DNA from: Leucoraja ocellata
Taxonomy: Eukaryota
NCBI GenBank assembly: GCA_036785375.1
Contig: JAWMAR010000318.1
Coordinates: forward strand, 2,542,001 to 2,606,000
Reading direction: 5' to 3'
DNA length: 64,000 nucleotides
In this document: one piece after another, positions 1-64,000 of the stretch
Position numbering within the stretch: position 1 is the stretch's first letter
How the letters are laid out: the number at the start of each line of letters is the position of its first letter
Notes under the pieces: model-generated
The model's input: only the letters and a program-made list of their open reading frames with translations
Databases searched by the model: none
What the model was told of the DNA's origin: nothing
Translations under genes and position numbers: made by a program

Positions 1-2075
1 CGTTTTACTTTGCTACTCTTTTTCCCTTAACATATCTAAAGAAGCTTTTACTGTCCTTTATATTCCTGGCCAGCTTTCCTCCATACTTCATCTTTTCAGC
101 CTGCATTGCCCGTTTTGTTTCCTTCTGTTGTCCTATGAAAGTTTCCCAATCCTCTGGCTTCCGGCTACTCTTTGCTGTGTTATACATATTTTCTTTTAGT
201 TTGATTCTATCCCTAACTTCTCTTGTCAGCCATGGTTGCCTCCCACTCCTCTTAGAAGTCTTCTTCCTTTTTGGAATGAAATGATCCTGTGTCTTCAGGA
301 TTGTGTCCAGAAATTCCTGCCATTGCTGTTCCACTGTCATTCCTGCTAGTATCCCTTTCCAGTCTACCTTGGCCAGCTCCTCTCTCATGCCTTCATAATC
401 CCCTTTGTTCAGCTACATCACTGCCACTTCCGATTTAACCTTCTCCTTCTCAAATTGCAGATTAAAACTAATCATATTATGATCACTACCTCCAAACGGT
501 TCCTTTACCTCGAGTTCTCTTATCAAATTTGGTTCATTGGACAACATTAAATCCAGAATTGCCTTTGCTCTGGTCGGCTCCATTACAAGCTGCTCTAAGA
601 ATCTATCTCGGAGGCATTCTACAAACTCTCTTTCTTGGGGTCCTGAACCAACCTGATTTTCCCAGTCTACCTGCACATTGAAATACCCCATCACCACAGT
701 GGCATTACCTTTGTTACATGCCAGTTTTAACTCCTGCTGCAACTTACACCCAACATCCGGGCTACTAGTTGGGGGTCTGTAGATAACACCTATTAGCGTC
801 TTCTTGCCTTTACAATTCCTTAACTCAATCCACAGTGACTCTACCTCGTCTTGGTTCTTGGTTTCTTGGTCCTCCAAAATATTCCAAGAATTTAAACTGG
901 AGGTAGTGGAGGGAAGACTTAAGCCAGGAAGGGTTTTTGGGAAGAAAGAGCTACCTTAAATTTAGTTGTATCTGGTTGGGTAACTATGGTAGGGTGAAGA
1001 TTATTCCATGCTTTAATTGTGCGGGGGAAGAACGAATTGCAAGAACATCTGTCTTGGTAGCTGGAATCTCAAATTGGATCGAATGCCCTCGTCTGCTCCT
1101 AATTGGTTTGGGTTTGGTGTAGGTTTTGTAATCTATGGCGAGCTGACCATTTAACATTTTGTAAAAACAGGTCAAACGGTGAGCTTCACGTCTGTCTTGG
1201 AGAGGGTTCCACCCCAGTGAATTCAGAAGTTTGGTAACACTCGCTTCTCTTTCATAGGTGTTAGTAACAAATCGTCTGTCTTCCCTCACAAGGGACTGAA
1301 TTCCATTCCTCACCAGAAGAGCTTCCCCCCTCCTCTGCCCTCCTGCCTGTTCTTTCTATTGGATGTATAACCCTGAATATTAAGTTCCCAGACCCGATCC
1401 TCCTGCAGCCACGTCTCGGTAATCCCCACAGTCATATCTACCAACCTCTATATGAGCCTCAAGCTCATCTACTTTACTTCTTATACTTTGCGCATTCAAA
1501 TACAGTACTTTTAATTCCTTACGCATCTCACCATTCACATCGATCCCTACTACACTTGGCCATACTCTCCTATCCCTTTGTGAGTTTTCTTTCCCGTTAA
1601 TTCTGGGGTCATTAACTATCCCTTTACTCCCTTTCCCTTTAACTCCGTCCTTGACTGTCCCGTTTGACACCCCTCCCCTTATTTAGTTTAAAACCACCTG
1701 TGTTGCAGTGGCAAACCTGCCTGCCAGAATACCGGTCCCCCACCTGTTAAGGTGCAATTCGTCCCTTTTGTATAGTTCCCCCTTACTCCAAAACAGATCC
1801 CAGTGGTCTAAGAATCTAAATCCCTGCCCCATGCACCAGTTCCCCAGCCACACATTCAGGTCCTATATCTCCCTGTTCCAGCTCTCGCCAGCACGAGGAA
1901 CTGGAAGCAAACCGGAGATAACCACCCTGGAGGTCCTGCCTTTCAGCACTTTTCCGAGCTCTCTGAAGTCACGCTTCAGAATATTCATCCCCTTTTTTCC
2001 GACATCGTTTGTGCCAACAAGCACTACAACTTCCGGCTGTTCACCTCGCCCTTGAGGATTTTCTGCTCTGACCAA
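1..2075 (-). mobile_element. Degenerate CR1-clade LINE: ORF1 SGNH esterase and ORF2 APE endonuclease fragments
   Basis: PEVVVLVGTNDVGK (esterase), LKVLYLNAQSIRSK, ESLWIEL..IGVIYRPP, GGSDHN (APE); frameshifts; runs off the window start. Confidence 0.9.
900..1280 (-). mobile_element. 3' fragment of a different LINE nested in the CR1 endonuclease region
   Basis: SVTKLLNSLGWNPLQDRREAHRLTCFYK...RRGH is a LINE ORF2 C-terminal type sequence interrupting APE coding; ends approximate. Confidence 0.65.
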
Positions 2076-5000
2076 ATAGTGATTCAAATTTGTGATATTA
2101 GAGTAACCCCATGAACGTTTGTGGAGGTGGACAGTTTTATTGCCTTGTTAAAAAGACTGATGCATTAGGTATGTCATTTGAAGAGTTACGTTTATTTGCG
2201 AATAATTCACTTCAAGAAGTTGTTCATATAATACGCCTATAAGGTGCGACATTAAGTACCATGTTGATTTCTATTTTGAGTCTCATTATTTCAAGCATGG
2301 TTTGAACCATTGATAGAGCAAATCTTCCTCTTTGTGGTGTGAGATTGGCCATGATTGCCTTGTTCCTCAGTGCATAACACATGGATGGGACAAGCTGTAA
2401 TCCGAGTCCCTTTTGGTTCCCATTCAGTGTCACTGAAAAGTGAACAGTTTGGAAACACAAAAGATTGCAAATGCTGGAAACGAGGAAAAAAAACTTCTGA
2501 AGAAATTCACAGGGTCAAGCAACCACTTGGAGGCAATGGGACAATCGCCGTTTTGGAGCGAGACCCTACATCAGGATTGAGAGCGTACATAGAACTGTCC
2601 AGCAGTGGAACAAGCCCCTCAGCCCACAATGTCTCATGCTAAACATGATCCCACTGATCTCTGCTTGCATGCAACAATTAGCCCTCCATTCCCTGCATAA
2701 TCATGTGCCTGTCTATAAGCCTCTTAAATTCCACTATCTAAAGAGAGCGAGAGGGAAGGGTGGAAGTGGTTTTCAGGTGATAGGCGGAACCCCTCCACTC
2801 CGGTCTTTATACTGGCTATCTCCCCCTACTCACAGTCCTAATGCTGAGTCTTGACCCAAAATATTCACCATTCCTTTCCCTCTACAACTGCAGCTTGATC
2901 TGCTCAATTCATCCAGCCGTGTGTTTTTGCTGGAAGCTACAGTCATACAGGTTGCATTGGTATGAAACTCCATCCCACTCTTGATTTCGCCGATCCATCA
3001 TTGGCCCCCTTCACCATTCAATCAAGACAACATAAACTTGAGGAATTGTTATCTGGACATAATACTGCGTTTGAGGGTCAATATGGGATTCCACAATGTT
3101 GGATAACTTTGTTCTTCTCTTATTAACTTGAAATGGCTGATTCTGTTGAAAGATCATCTGTCTGTAATATTAACTACTTAATAAAAAATACTCTCTCCAT
3201 CTATAGTGCTCAATATGTTGTGTGTTTTCTGCTTTCACCTTTTCTCTTCAGATTGCAGCACCAGCATCAACCAGCTTTGTTTTTCTCTCTAACTCCCTTT
3301 GTTAACATATCAACCAGATGCTTCCTAAACTGTGGAGTTACCTTGGCAATCCAGTTTTGATGTCTTCAAACCTGCAATGTTTTTTCTCTCTGCAGATTGA
3401 CCCGTGACTCTTGATCTAAATAGAAAGCTGTACAAAAAGCTCAGCAGGTCAGACAGCATCTGTGGAACGAGAAATAGTAAAAGTTTCAGGTCTGCGACCC
3501 TACATCAATGTTTCTACCAAAAGCAGATTGGGAGATTGCTTTGCCAAACACTTGCATCCAGTCTGCAGGAGTGACCCTAAACTTTAGGTTACCTGCCACT
3601 TTAATTTCCCAGCTTACTCCCACTCTAATCTTATACTTTCTGGCGATCTGCTCTGTTTTAATCAGGTCCCAACCCAACTTGGGAAACAATACCCCATCTT
3701 CCATTTGGGCATATTGCAGCTTTATGGACTGTTCCATTCTCCATCTTTAGATACCTCACTCATTCTGTCTGTAGAACTGGCCATTTTTGCATGCCGTGCT
3801 TCACTTGTTTTTTATATTGTCAGACTATACAATGTTAGCAAAATATAGAAACATAGAAAATAGGTGCAGGAGGAGGCCATTCAGCCCTTCGAGCCAGCAC
3901 CGCCATTCATTGTGATCATGGCTAGAATATCATGCAGAATTATTGCAACTGCCCCCATTATTTCACCCTATCAGAGACATTTGTTCCACACATTGCTTTA
4001 TCTTTTCTGCAACCTGGTGTAACTTGTTCTTCTATTTCTCAATCTGATGAAACAATCTAGGTTCCACAGATTCTATTTGGCCTGCTGAGTGTTTCCATTA
4101 TTTTCTGTTGTTAATCCACATTTCCAGCCAATGCATCTTTAAAAATATATTTTCAGTTGAGTTTTCTCCATGAAGCCTATTGATTTCAAATTTCCCAGGG
4201 CTACTTTTCTCCATGCAACCTGACCCGCTGAGTTACTCCAGCTTTCTTGCAAAACCTAAATTAAGCATTGGAGAGTAAGTGGCTCTTGATAGCACGTTCA
4301 ATGTCTCATTCTAGCACTTGACTGATGAAGATGCACAGTTTCTTCCCATCTGTTATCAGGCAACTGAATCATCCTACCACAACCAAAGAGCAGTGCTGAA
4401 CTACTATTTACTCTTTGATGACCCTCGGACTATCCTTGATCGCACTTTTCTGGCTTTACCTTGCACTAAACGTTATTCCCTTATCGTGTATCTATACACT
4501 GTAAATTAATCAATTGCAATCGTGTATTGTCTTTCAGCTGACTGGTTAGCACGCAACAAAAGCTTTTCACTGTACCTCGGTACACGTGACAATAAAATAA
4601 ACTAAGATGAGTAGACTGGATAGTTATTAACTGGATTTGGTTTGTCCTGATTTTTGTGATCAGGATGCATATGGATAAAATTGTACATTTTTGGGTCAAT
4701 GTTTAGTCTGTTAGTTTAGTTTATTATCCCGTGTACTGACGTACAGTGAAAAGCTTTTTGTTGTGTGTTATCTAGTCAGTAGAAAGATTGAAGAATCTTT
4801 CTGAAACCCAGTCTGAAACATTGCCTATTTCCTTTGCTCCATAGATGCTCCCTCACCTGCTGAGTTTCTCCAGCATTTTTGTCTATAGTAGAAAGATTAT
4901 ACCTGATTACAATCAAGCCATTCACAGTGTACAGATACAGGATAAAGGGAATAACATATAGTGCAAGGTAAAGTCTGATTAAAGATGGCCCAAGACTTGT

Positions 5001-5345
5001 AACTGGTCTGCAACAATTCTGTAGTACATTTTCTGTAAGGGTCAAGATCCCAGGAGGAAAATGAGGTAGATTATCCGTTCAGGCTGGGTGCTGCCGCCTT
5101 TCTTTTGCACGTGCTTGGCCTCAAGTGGAGTTATACAGCTGCCACCTCCCATTGTCTCTCATGACTAGATAAAGCATATTTGCAAAGCTTTATTCGAATT
5201 TTGTGAGATCACAGTTTTAATTATTGCATGCTATTTTTACTGTTTTTACTGTTCATTTAGATGTAGCCATTTTGTGTCTGAAGTTGAATAGGTAATGGGG
5301 TGGCTTGGATTTTCCTCACTTTACAGTTTGGGCTTTCACCTCCTG

Positions 5346-7050
5346 AATAGAATAGAATAGTTTCTTTATTGTCATTGTAACATGGGCCATGTACAACGAA
5401 ATTTAAAATGTCAGCCAGTCAGTGCAGCATTCAAACATTTCTAAAGCTAACGAAACATCCACGGTAAAATAATAAAGATAAGCAAATAAATAAAAAACAC
5501 AGACAAAGCACGCATACACACCCAACCCTCCATCCTTCTGTCGATTTCACCGTTACCACAGTCCCTTAGTCTGTATCGCCCCTGCGTTCCTTGGCGGCCA
5601 CATTTAGTGCTTTTATAGCAGTGGGGTAAAAACTGTTTTGTAGTCTATTTGTCCTTGTCCTTGTGGATCTGTACCGTCTGCCTGACGGCAACAGTTCAAA
5701 CAGGGAGTGTCCGGGGTGGGAGATGTCCTTTATTATATTCTGGGTTTTTTTGGTGCAGCGGGAACTGTGTAGGTCCTCCAAGGTAAGGAGAGGGCAGCCG
5801 ACAATCCTCTGGGCGTTGTCAATGGCCCTCTGGAGCGCTTTCCTCTGAGCCACTGTGCAGCTGGTGTACCACACGCATACACAGTATGTTAGTATGCTCT
5901 CAATGGAGCACCGATAAAAGGACAGCAGCAGCCTCTGAGTGATGTTGTTCTTCCTGAGCACCCGCAGGAAGTGCAGTCTCTGCTGGACCTTTTTCAGCAG
6001 CGCAGTGGTGTTCACGCTCCACGTCAGGTCCTCCTCAATGTGGATTCCCAGGAAGCGGAAATCCGCCACCCTCTCTACACAGTCCCCTCTGATGGTCAGT
6101 GGTACCATGTCCGTTTTGTTTTTCCTGAAGTCTATTATTACCTCCTTCGTCTTTGAGGTGTTGAGGAGCAGGTTATTTTCTTCGCACCACACTGTCAGCT
6201 GCTCCACCTCATCCCGGTAGGCGTACTCGTCCCCCGCGGAGATGAGTCCCACCACTGTAGTGTCATCCGCAAATTTGACAATGGTGTTGCTGTGGTGGGC
6301 GGGGGTGCAGTCATGCGTGTAGATGGTGTAGAGCAGGGGGCTCAGTACACAGCCCTGTGGAGAGCCGGTACTGAGGCTGAGGGCCGTGGATGTGTGATGG
6401 CCCACTCTGACTCTCTGGCTTCGACCCGACAGGAAGCTATTTATCCACGTACAGGTGGAGTGTGGAAGTCCCAAGTCCCCCAGTTTGTCCACCAGTTTGT
6501 GGGGAAGGATAGTATTAAAAGCAGAGCTGTAGTCCACAAAGAGCATCCGCACGTAGCTCCCCCGCTGCTCCAGGTGAGACAGTGCAGCATGGAGAGCTGT
6601 GGCTACAGCGTCCTCTGTGGATCTATTCGCTCTGTACGCAAACTGGTGGGGGTCAAAGCTTCGGGGCAGAAGTGATGTGATGTGACCCCGGACCAGTTTT
6701 TCAAAACACTTCATCACCACTGGTGTGAGTGCGACTGGCCGGTAGTCGTTGAGGCTGGAGATGTTGTTTTTTTTGGGCAAGGGGACTATGGTGGAGGATT
6801 TCAGACAGGGTGGAACAGTGGACTGGGCCAGAGACTGGTTAAAAATCCTCGTCCAGACTCCAGCCAGCTGGTCTGCGCAGTCCTTCAACACGCGTCCAGA
6901 GACGCCGTCCGGACCAGTAGCCTTCCTTGGATTGATGGCCCGCAGAGTGCGCCTCACCTCATGCTCCTCTATCTTGAGGGGTAGGCTGCTGTAGACCATG
7001 TGCTGTGATGTGGCTGTCTCGGGTGGCTCCACTTCAAAGCGAGCAAAGAA
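5346..7050 (-). mobile_element. 5'-truncated Rex1/Babar-clade LINE with uninterrupted RT frame
   Basis: ORF 5566..7104: [49 protein letters not shown]; AATAAA and (TATTC)n tail at about 5346-5370. Confidence 0.92.
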
Positions 7051-7488
7051 GCCTCTTCTGTAAGTTACCATGCCTCTTCTGTAAGTTAATGATAACCCCA
7101 TCATCCTGAAATCTGCCTCTGCCCATTTCTTCTTCAGTTCCCATTTCTACCACTGTCTTTCTGACATCCTGAAATCTTCCCTTACGATTATTGTTCAAAT
7201 TTTTTTTTTAATGTTTCCATTTCCAGCCTATGCTATTTGAATAGTAATTTCCTGACTGCTATTATCAAAAACCTTATTGTTATGCTGATTAGGTTCTTCA
7301 TAGATTAATGTATTGTGTGACAGTGCCTTTTTGCATTTTTAGCAAATGAGCAAACTTAAGTGCCATGATCTTCCAAACTACATCTACAGATGCATGTGCC
7401 ATAAAATATATGCTGTTTATTACCTCTGTGTATTATGAACTATAAACTTCAGTTGTGCAAAGTATCAGATCTTATTTTGCCCTCTCAG

Positions 7489-58682
<51,194 letters not shown>

Positions 58683-59451
58683 TTTAGTACAATCAAAATC
58701 ACATGTGCATTGAACTTGGACATTTCTGTGATCTGTGTTTCATACACTTTGTAGTTTCATCAATATGTTCAAGTGTTAATCCACCTTCTTAATCTTAGGT
58801 ACTCTTGTTACAGGCCAGTTTATGACTCTAGTTTCCTGAGGTACAAAACTAATACAAATTATTGCAGAAAAGATTTTGCAAAACAGTGTATTGTTCGCAA
58901 GACCACTATTTGTATTTTAAATGAATTGTTGAACAACCATAATTGTAAATGTATTTAATTTTTTTTCTACCAAGGTTTATAGATTAATGTTAAAATTTCT
59001 ACAAGGGTTATTCACTCTTGGACTCTGAATACTATTTTAAGTTGCCATAGTCTATATCGTACCCCAAACACAAATTAAATGTAATAAGATTGCAAATGTC
59101 TTATTCTCTGTCTTGTTTGCTTGCTTCTGTGTGAGAGAGATGTTGACGTCTTGCAAAGTGATGACCATGTATAACAGATAGGAAGATGGTACAATTCAGA
59201 ATAACAGATCTAATCAAAGTAAGAGCATTTGTGGTGGGAGTAATGAATGATGGACAAAGGAAATTGTTGCTCTGGGCCATCTTATTAAAATAGTACGTGG
59301 GGAAAATGTGAGTACTATAGATAAAGGGATCATAAAATATATTGAATATAAAGATTAACAAGTGAAACTAGAGTTCTATAGTCCTAATTGACTGCCTTTG
59401 GAGCACTGTTTTCAATGTTATACTCTCCACCTTGAGCAATGTGAGTTTGCA

Positions 59452-59775
59452 GGGTGCAGTTAATAGAGTTACTGCCTCACAGCAATAATTATCTAGGTTC
59501 AATCCTGACTTGAGTTCTGTCTCCCTCTGACTGTGTCGGGTTCCCCCAGGTGCTCTTGATTCCTCCCACATTGTAAAGATGCATGGGTCTTGGGAGGTTA
59601 ATTGGCCACTACACAATTGTGGGTAGTCTGTAAGTGAGAGGTATAACCCAGCGAGGAGTTGGTGGGAATGTTGGGAGAATAAAACGGTCAAGGTCAGATC
59701 AGTGAGGAAATGGATGGTTGATAGTCAGCATTTGCTCTGTGGGCTGAAGGGCCTGTTTCCATGCACTGTCTCTCC
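59452..59775 (+). mobile_element. Diverged V-SINE
   Basis: ggttcaatcctgact B-box-like head and gaagggcctgtttcc tail. Confidence 0.65.
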
Positions 59776-61433
59776 ATGACTATAAACAGAATCGATGGAC
59801 CATTGTATCTGAAAGATGTATCCAATTGGCCCCACATACTCTCCCTGTTGCCTTGAAAATCATTCAAATAATCTAAATAAATAAAGATGTGAAGGTACAT
59901 TGAATTAATATTCTATTATGAGCAGAGACTACATTAAACAAATTGAGTTTAGCTGCAACTAACATTCAATTAATTGATGCATGGTTTATTGTAAATACAG
60001 GTTATATGTCTGTAAAAAGCGCAGGAACTCTACAGGGCAAGCATTCAGCTGTGAGAAGCAAGAGGATTTAAATACATGGTTAGCTCAAAGGAAAAGGCTT
60101 AAAATATTGACAGAATGAACAGTTTGCCTGCAGATTGGAACATTTAAGATTTCAGTAATGGAGGATCCAGATGTTGATAGAAGATATGTAAGAAATTAGA
60201 GTAATCTAGCAAGAAGCATAAACATAGGCTCCAAAAATGGTTTATAGGTATGTATGGAGGAAAAGAATAGCAAGAATTATGGTTAGTCCCTTGGGAAGAA
60301 AAGGAGAAGGTATAATGTAATTATAATGGAGAATAAGCGAATATTAGAGAAATTAAGTTATTATTTTGTGTATCTTCACAGAAGACACATCAAATCCCCT
60401 AATGGCGAGCCATGGCCCAGAAATGAATTAGGAGCTGACAGATATTAAATCTTTTAATAAATAATTGGAAACATTTATGACACAATGCCAAGGCTGCGGT
60501 AGATATTTGGAGAAGTTGAGGGATATAGACAATATGCAGGAACGTGAAGGTGATGCCAAGTTCAGGTATGAATAGTGGAGCATTCTAAAGGTTCTGTAGG
60601 TTGTTTCTGCTCCTATTTCTTCATGTAATTATATTGAAATATTCTGCCGAGCCAATTCATTAATCCATTGTGCAGAACTGTTGATCATGTATTATAGATC
60701 CTCTAGAGGGCAGAAGATAGTCCTATAAATGAGAGAAAATTGTGGACGGACATAAATCATAATGAACCTTTGATTCTGTGAAGAAACAAAAATAGTATCT
60801 TAGTGGGTTAAATCACTACCTGTGTAGAATCCAATCAAGTGAAGTGTTTTATTGTCATGTGTACCAAATACAGATCTGTTAAATTCTTACTTGCAGGCGC
60901 ACAACAGGTTTGTAAACACAATACTCAATAGATAATATCATGGACAAACCAAAAGAAAATAAATTCAATCAAATTTAAAAAAAAAACAATACAGTGCAAA
61001 AAGAAAACAAAGCCTGAAGTTCCAATGTAATCAAAGCAGTTTGGAGTTTAGCTGTAGTTCGTGGTGTTCAGTAGCTTGATGGTTGTTGGGAGAATTCTGT
61101 TCTTAAACCTGGATGCTACAGTTTTCAGTCTTTAGAGATTTAGGCTTTGAACCTGGCTCTCTGGTGCTGTAAGGCAGCAGCTCTACCACTATGCCATTGT
61201 GCCACCTTCCATATTCTCTCGGATGGAAAGAGTGAAATGAGAACTTGGGTGGGGTGGTGTGGGTCCTTGATGATGCCAGCAAATCCTGTAAATCCCATGA
61301 TGGACTGGCCTGTCAGCAGGATATGAACAAGTGTTTCACACATGCTGATCTAGACGTCCCATCTAAACTAACCCCATTTGCCTGTGTTTGGCCCATGTCC
61401 CTCCAACCTTTCTTATCCATGCAACTTTCCAAA

Positions 61434-61793
61434 TCTATACATAACTATAATTCTGATCTTGTTATCTCCCGGTTTGGCGGTCTTTCTATTTGCGTAAAAA
61501 CGGTTCGGGATAGCGCTACGAATTTTTGCCAGTTCACCCGGCCCAGCCCAGAGTCAGAGACCCAGCCCAGCCTGGAGGTGGAGATGTCGCCAAATGGAAA
61601 GCGGAGACTGATCCCGGTGAAGGAGAACGACCAGCAACCAGCGCCCGCTGTGAGTCACCATCACACCGCCAATTCCAGCCACTACCCCTCTGGTCCCCCT
61701 CGCTGGCTCCTCCCCCCCCCCCCCCTCCACTGTGATGGCCCCCCTCTCCCCCATGGCTCTTCCCCGGTCTTTTCTCTGAGCTCACTCCCCCCC
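61434..61793 (+). mobile_element. Possible Helitron-like 5' fragment
   Basis: Begins A|TCTATACATAACTATAA, interrupting a CR1 tail; GC-rich body; no CTAG 3' end seen. Confidence 0.4.
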
Positions 61794-61809
61794 AATTTGA
61801 TCAATTTGG

Positions 61810-62810
61810 GTAGGGCAATGCATGTTGTCTACATGGATTTTATGAAGGCATTTAATAAAGTCTCCCATGGTAGGTTAATTGAGAAATTTAAATGTACAGG
61901 ATTAACGGTGATTTGGTCATATGGATTTGGAACGGAATGATTGCGGTAGAAAGACTATATTCAGGTTTGTAACCAGTGGATTTCCGCCGGGATCTATGCT
62001 GGAACCTCTGTTGCTTATGATATACTGTATATAAATTACTTATACGTAAATATTGACGGGTTGGTTAGTAAGTTTGCAGATGACACCAAGATTGCTTGTG
62101 TCGTGGACTATGAGGAAAGCTGTCAATGTATACAGTGGGATATGGATCAACTGCAGAAATGGTAAAGAAGTGGTAAAGAAGTGGTAAAGAAGTGGTAAAG
62201 AAGCCATATGATATGCTTGCTTTCATAGGTTGGGACTTTCAGTATAAGAGTCAGAAAGTCATGATGCAGATTTATAGGTCTATTGGAAAGGCCACATTTG
62301 GAATAATGTGTGCAGTTCTGGTCGCCTCATTACAGGAAGGGTGTGGAGGCTTTGGAAAGGGTGCAGACGAGGTTTACTAGAATGTTGCCTGAATTGGAGG
62401 GTATTGTCTACATGGAGGGGTTGGACAGATTTTTTTGGAACACCGGAGATTGCGGGGAGACCTGATAGAAATTTATAATGTTACAGGAGGCAAAGATAAG
62501 GTGGACAGTTAGAATCTTTTTCCCAGGATGAAAAAAAATCTAATACGAGAGGACATATGCTTAAGGTGGGAGGGGCAAAGTTTAAAGGAGATGTGCGGGG
62601 CATGTTATTTTAACACAGAGGGTGGTGAGTGCTGGGGAAGTTGGTTTAAGCAGATACATTAGTGGCATTTAAAAGACTTTTGGATAGGCATATGGATATG
62701 GAGGGATATGGATTATGTGCAGGCAGATAAGGATTGGGCTTGGCAACATGTTCGGCACAGACATTGTGGGCTGAAGGGCCTGTTCTTGTGCTGTACTGTT
62801 CTATGTTCAT
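61810..62810 (+). mobile_element. Decayed CR1 LINE RT fragment
   Basis: VVYMDFMKAFNKVSHGRL, SKFADDTK and VQTRFTRM remnants. Confidence 0.85.
62160..62203. repeat. Tandem repeat (tggtaaagaag)x4
   Basis: Four exact 11-nt units read directly. Confidence 0.9.
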
Positions 62811-63532
62811 GCAGCAGTCGGGAACATTATCAAACACAATATATTGGAATCGGTATTTCAAATGACGAGAAACTCAGGATATCATGCAACCCAATTCTTA
62901 AAAGTTATCCAAGACTACTTGAGATGTTGAAATGTCTCCACTCAAAAGGGATAAACAAAAATAATAAATAGATGTGTAAGAAATTATCTGCAGCCAACGA
63001 CAGAGAATATAATATATTCCGGATCAATCTTTTGAATAATCCTACTCGAGAGCTCGTTCACCAATTGTCTCCACATATTTTAAGAAAACAACATAGAATT
63101 TATGTTTCATATTCAATATCTATGACAAATTAAAAGTTCATTAACAATACTTTTCATCAGTCTTAACTATGGCTTCACTTTACAGTTTATATTAATCAGT
63201 CTCAACAGTGGTTATCCACACATTTAGATGGAATCTGAAACTGAGACATTACTGCCATTCTTTCAAGATTTAAATTCATATTCTTAGCTCTGAATTGCAA
63301 GTGCAGCTTTACAATTTGTCCCTTGATATATGACCTGTTTTAGTAAATATCCCCGCAGTTAACATAACTGTGTTAGGATAATAAATATGCTTATATATAC
63401 AGTAGATGCAGCACTTCTGTGCCTGTATAAATTCCTCAGCTGCATTTTAGTAGGTTACTTGGAAAAGCATAATTTCTTGGTACAAACCCCCCCCAACAAA
63501 GTGAAATAGTTAGACATGAGAGTATCTATCTA

Positions 63533-63840
63533 GGGCGGCGCAGTTGATCAGCGGTAGAGTTGCTGCCTTACAGCGCCAGGGACCTGTGTTTGATCATGAC
63601 CACGGGTGCTGCTTGTACGGAGTTTGTATGTTCTCTCTGAGACTGTGTGGGGTTTCTCCGGGTGCTCCGGTTTCCTTCCACATTCCAAATAATGTACAGG
63701 TTTGTAGGTCAATTGGCTTCAGTAAAATTGTAAATTGTCCTTGGTGTGTAGGATAGTGATAGTGTGCGGGGTGATCGCTGGTCGGCGTGGACTCGATGGG
63801 CCGAAGGCCCTGTTTCCATGCAAAGTCTAAAGTAAAGTCT
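63533..63840 (+). mobile_element. V-SINE (HE1-like)
   Basis: gggcggcgcagttgatcagcggtagag head, V-domain, tail. Confidence 0.8.
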
Positions 63841-64000
63841 AATGGATATATAGAAAGTTTGTGTTTTCATAATGATCGAACATATGAAAAAGCAAACTTT
63901 AGGCTGCCTTTTAATTAAAAAAAAAAAAAATTAAAAGTTCTTAAACTGAATTGAAAATTCAAGTGACATGTGTTTGGACAAGATTCACTCTGATGTCAAC

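Noticed and set aside
5566-7104. 512-aa ORF as a host gene or retron-like RT system
   Set aside because: It is a 5'-truncated Rex/Babar LINE ORF2 lacking the endonuclease, and its start codon comes from flanking DNA.
1-7488. Search for the MYRFL first coding exon (MDVVGENEALQQFF-like)
   Set aside because: No matching frame with a donor found by eye; it probably lies upstream of the window.
58683-59890. MYRFL polyadenylation signal
   Set aside because: Several ATTAAA/AATAAA candidates in AT-rich sequence; cannot choose without transcript data.
61245-61940. 231-aa ORF
   Set aside because: Chance read-through across several unrelated repeat fragments, ending in CR1 RT sequence.
62160-62203. 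CRISPR-like array
   Set aside because: Simple tandem repeat without spacers in eukaryotic DNA.

Overview
Eukaryotic genomic DNA, AT-rich and transposon-dense, with two N gaps (44434-44644 and 52819-52961). The repeat set (HE1/V-SINE-like SINEs, HER1-like CR1 LINEs, Penelope-derived repeats) suggests a cartilaginous fish, probably a skate or ray; this is inference. The window holds nearly all of one + strand multi-exon gene, myelin regulatory factor-like (MYRFL). I assembled 24 phase-consistent coding exons plus one candidate cassette exon from 7489 to the stop at 58682, about 920 codons; the first coding exon appears to lie upstream of the window. The protein has an NDT80/PhoG DNA-binding domain, an intact peptidase S74 autocleavage motif (HP-SDQRAK), a coiled coil, a TM helix and the MYRF C-terminal lumenal domain. 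Introns contain CR1 and Rex/Babar LINEs, SINEs, Penelope remnants with hammerhead-ribozyme cores, several MITEs and Helitron-like ends. The most striking non-gene feature is a 4.65 kb DIRS tyrosine-recombinase retrotransposon whose ORFs are wrecked but whose terminal repeats and internal complementary region match perfectly. I found no convincing wholly new biological system; most ORF-track entries are TE fragments or spurious.
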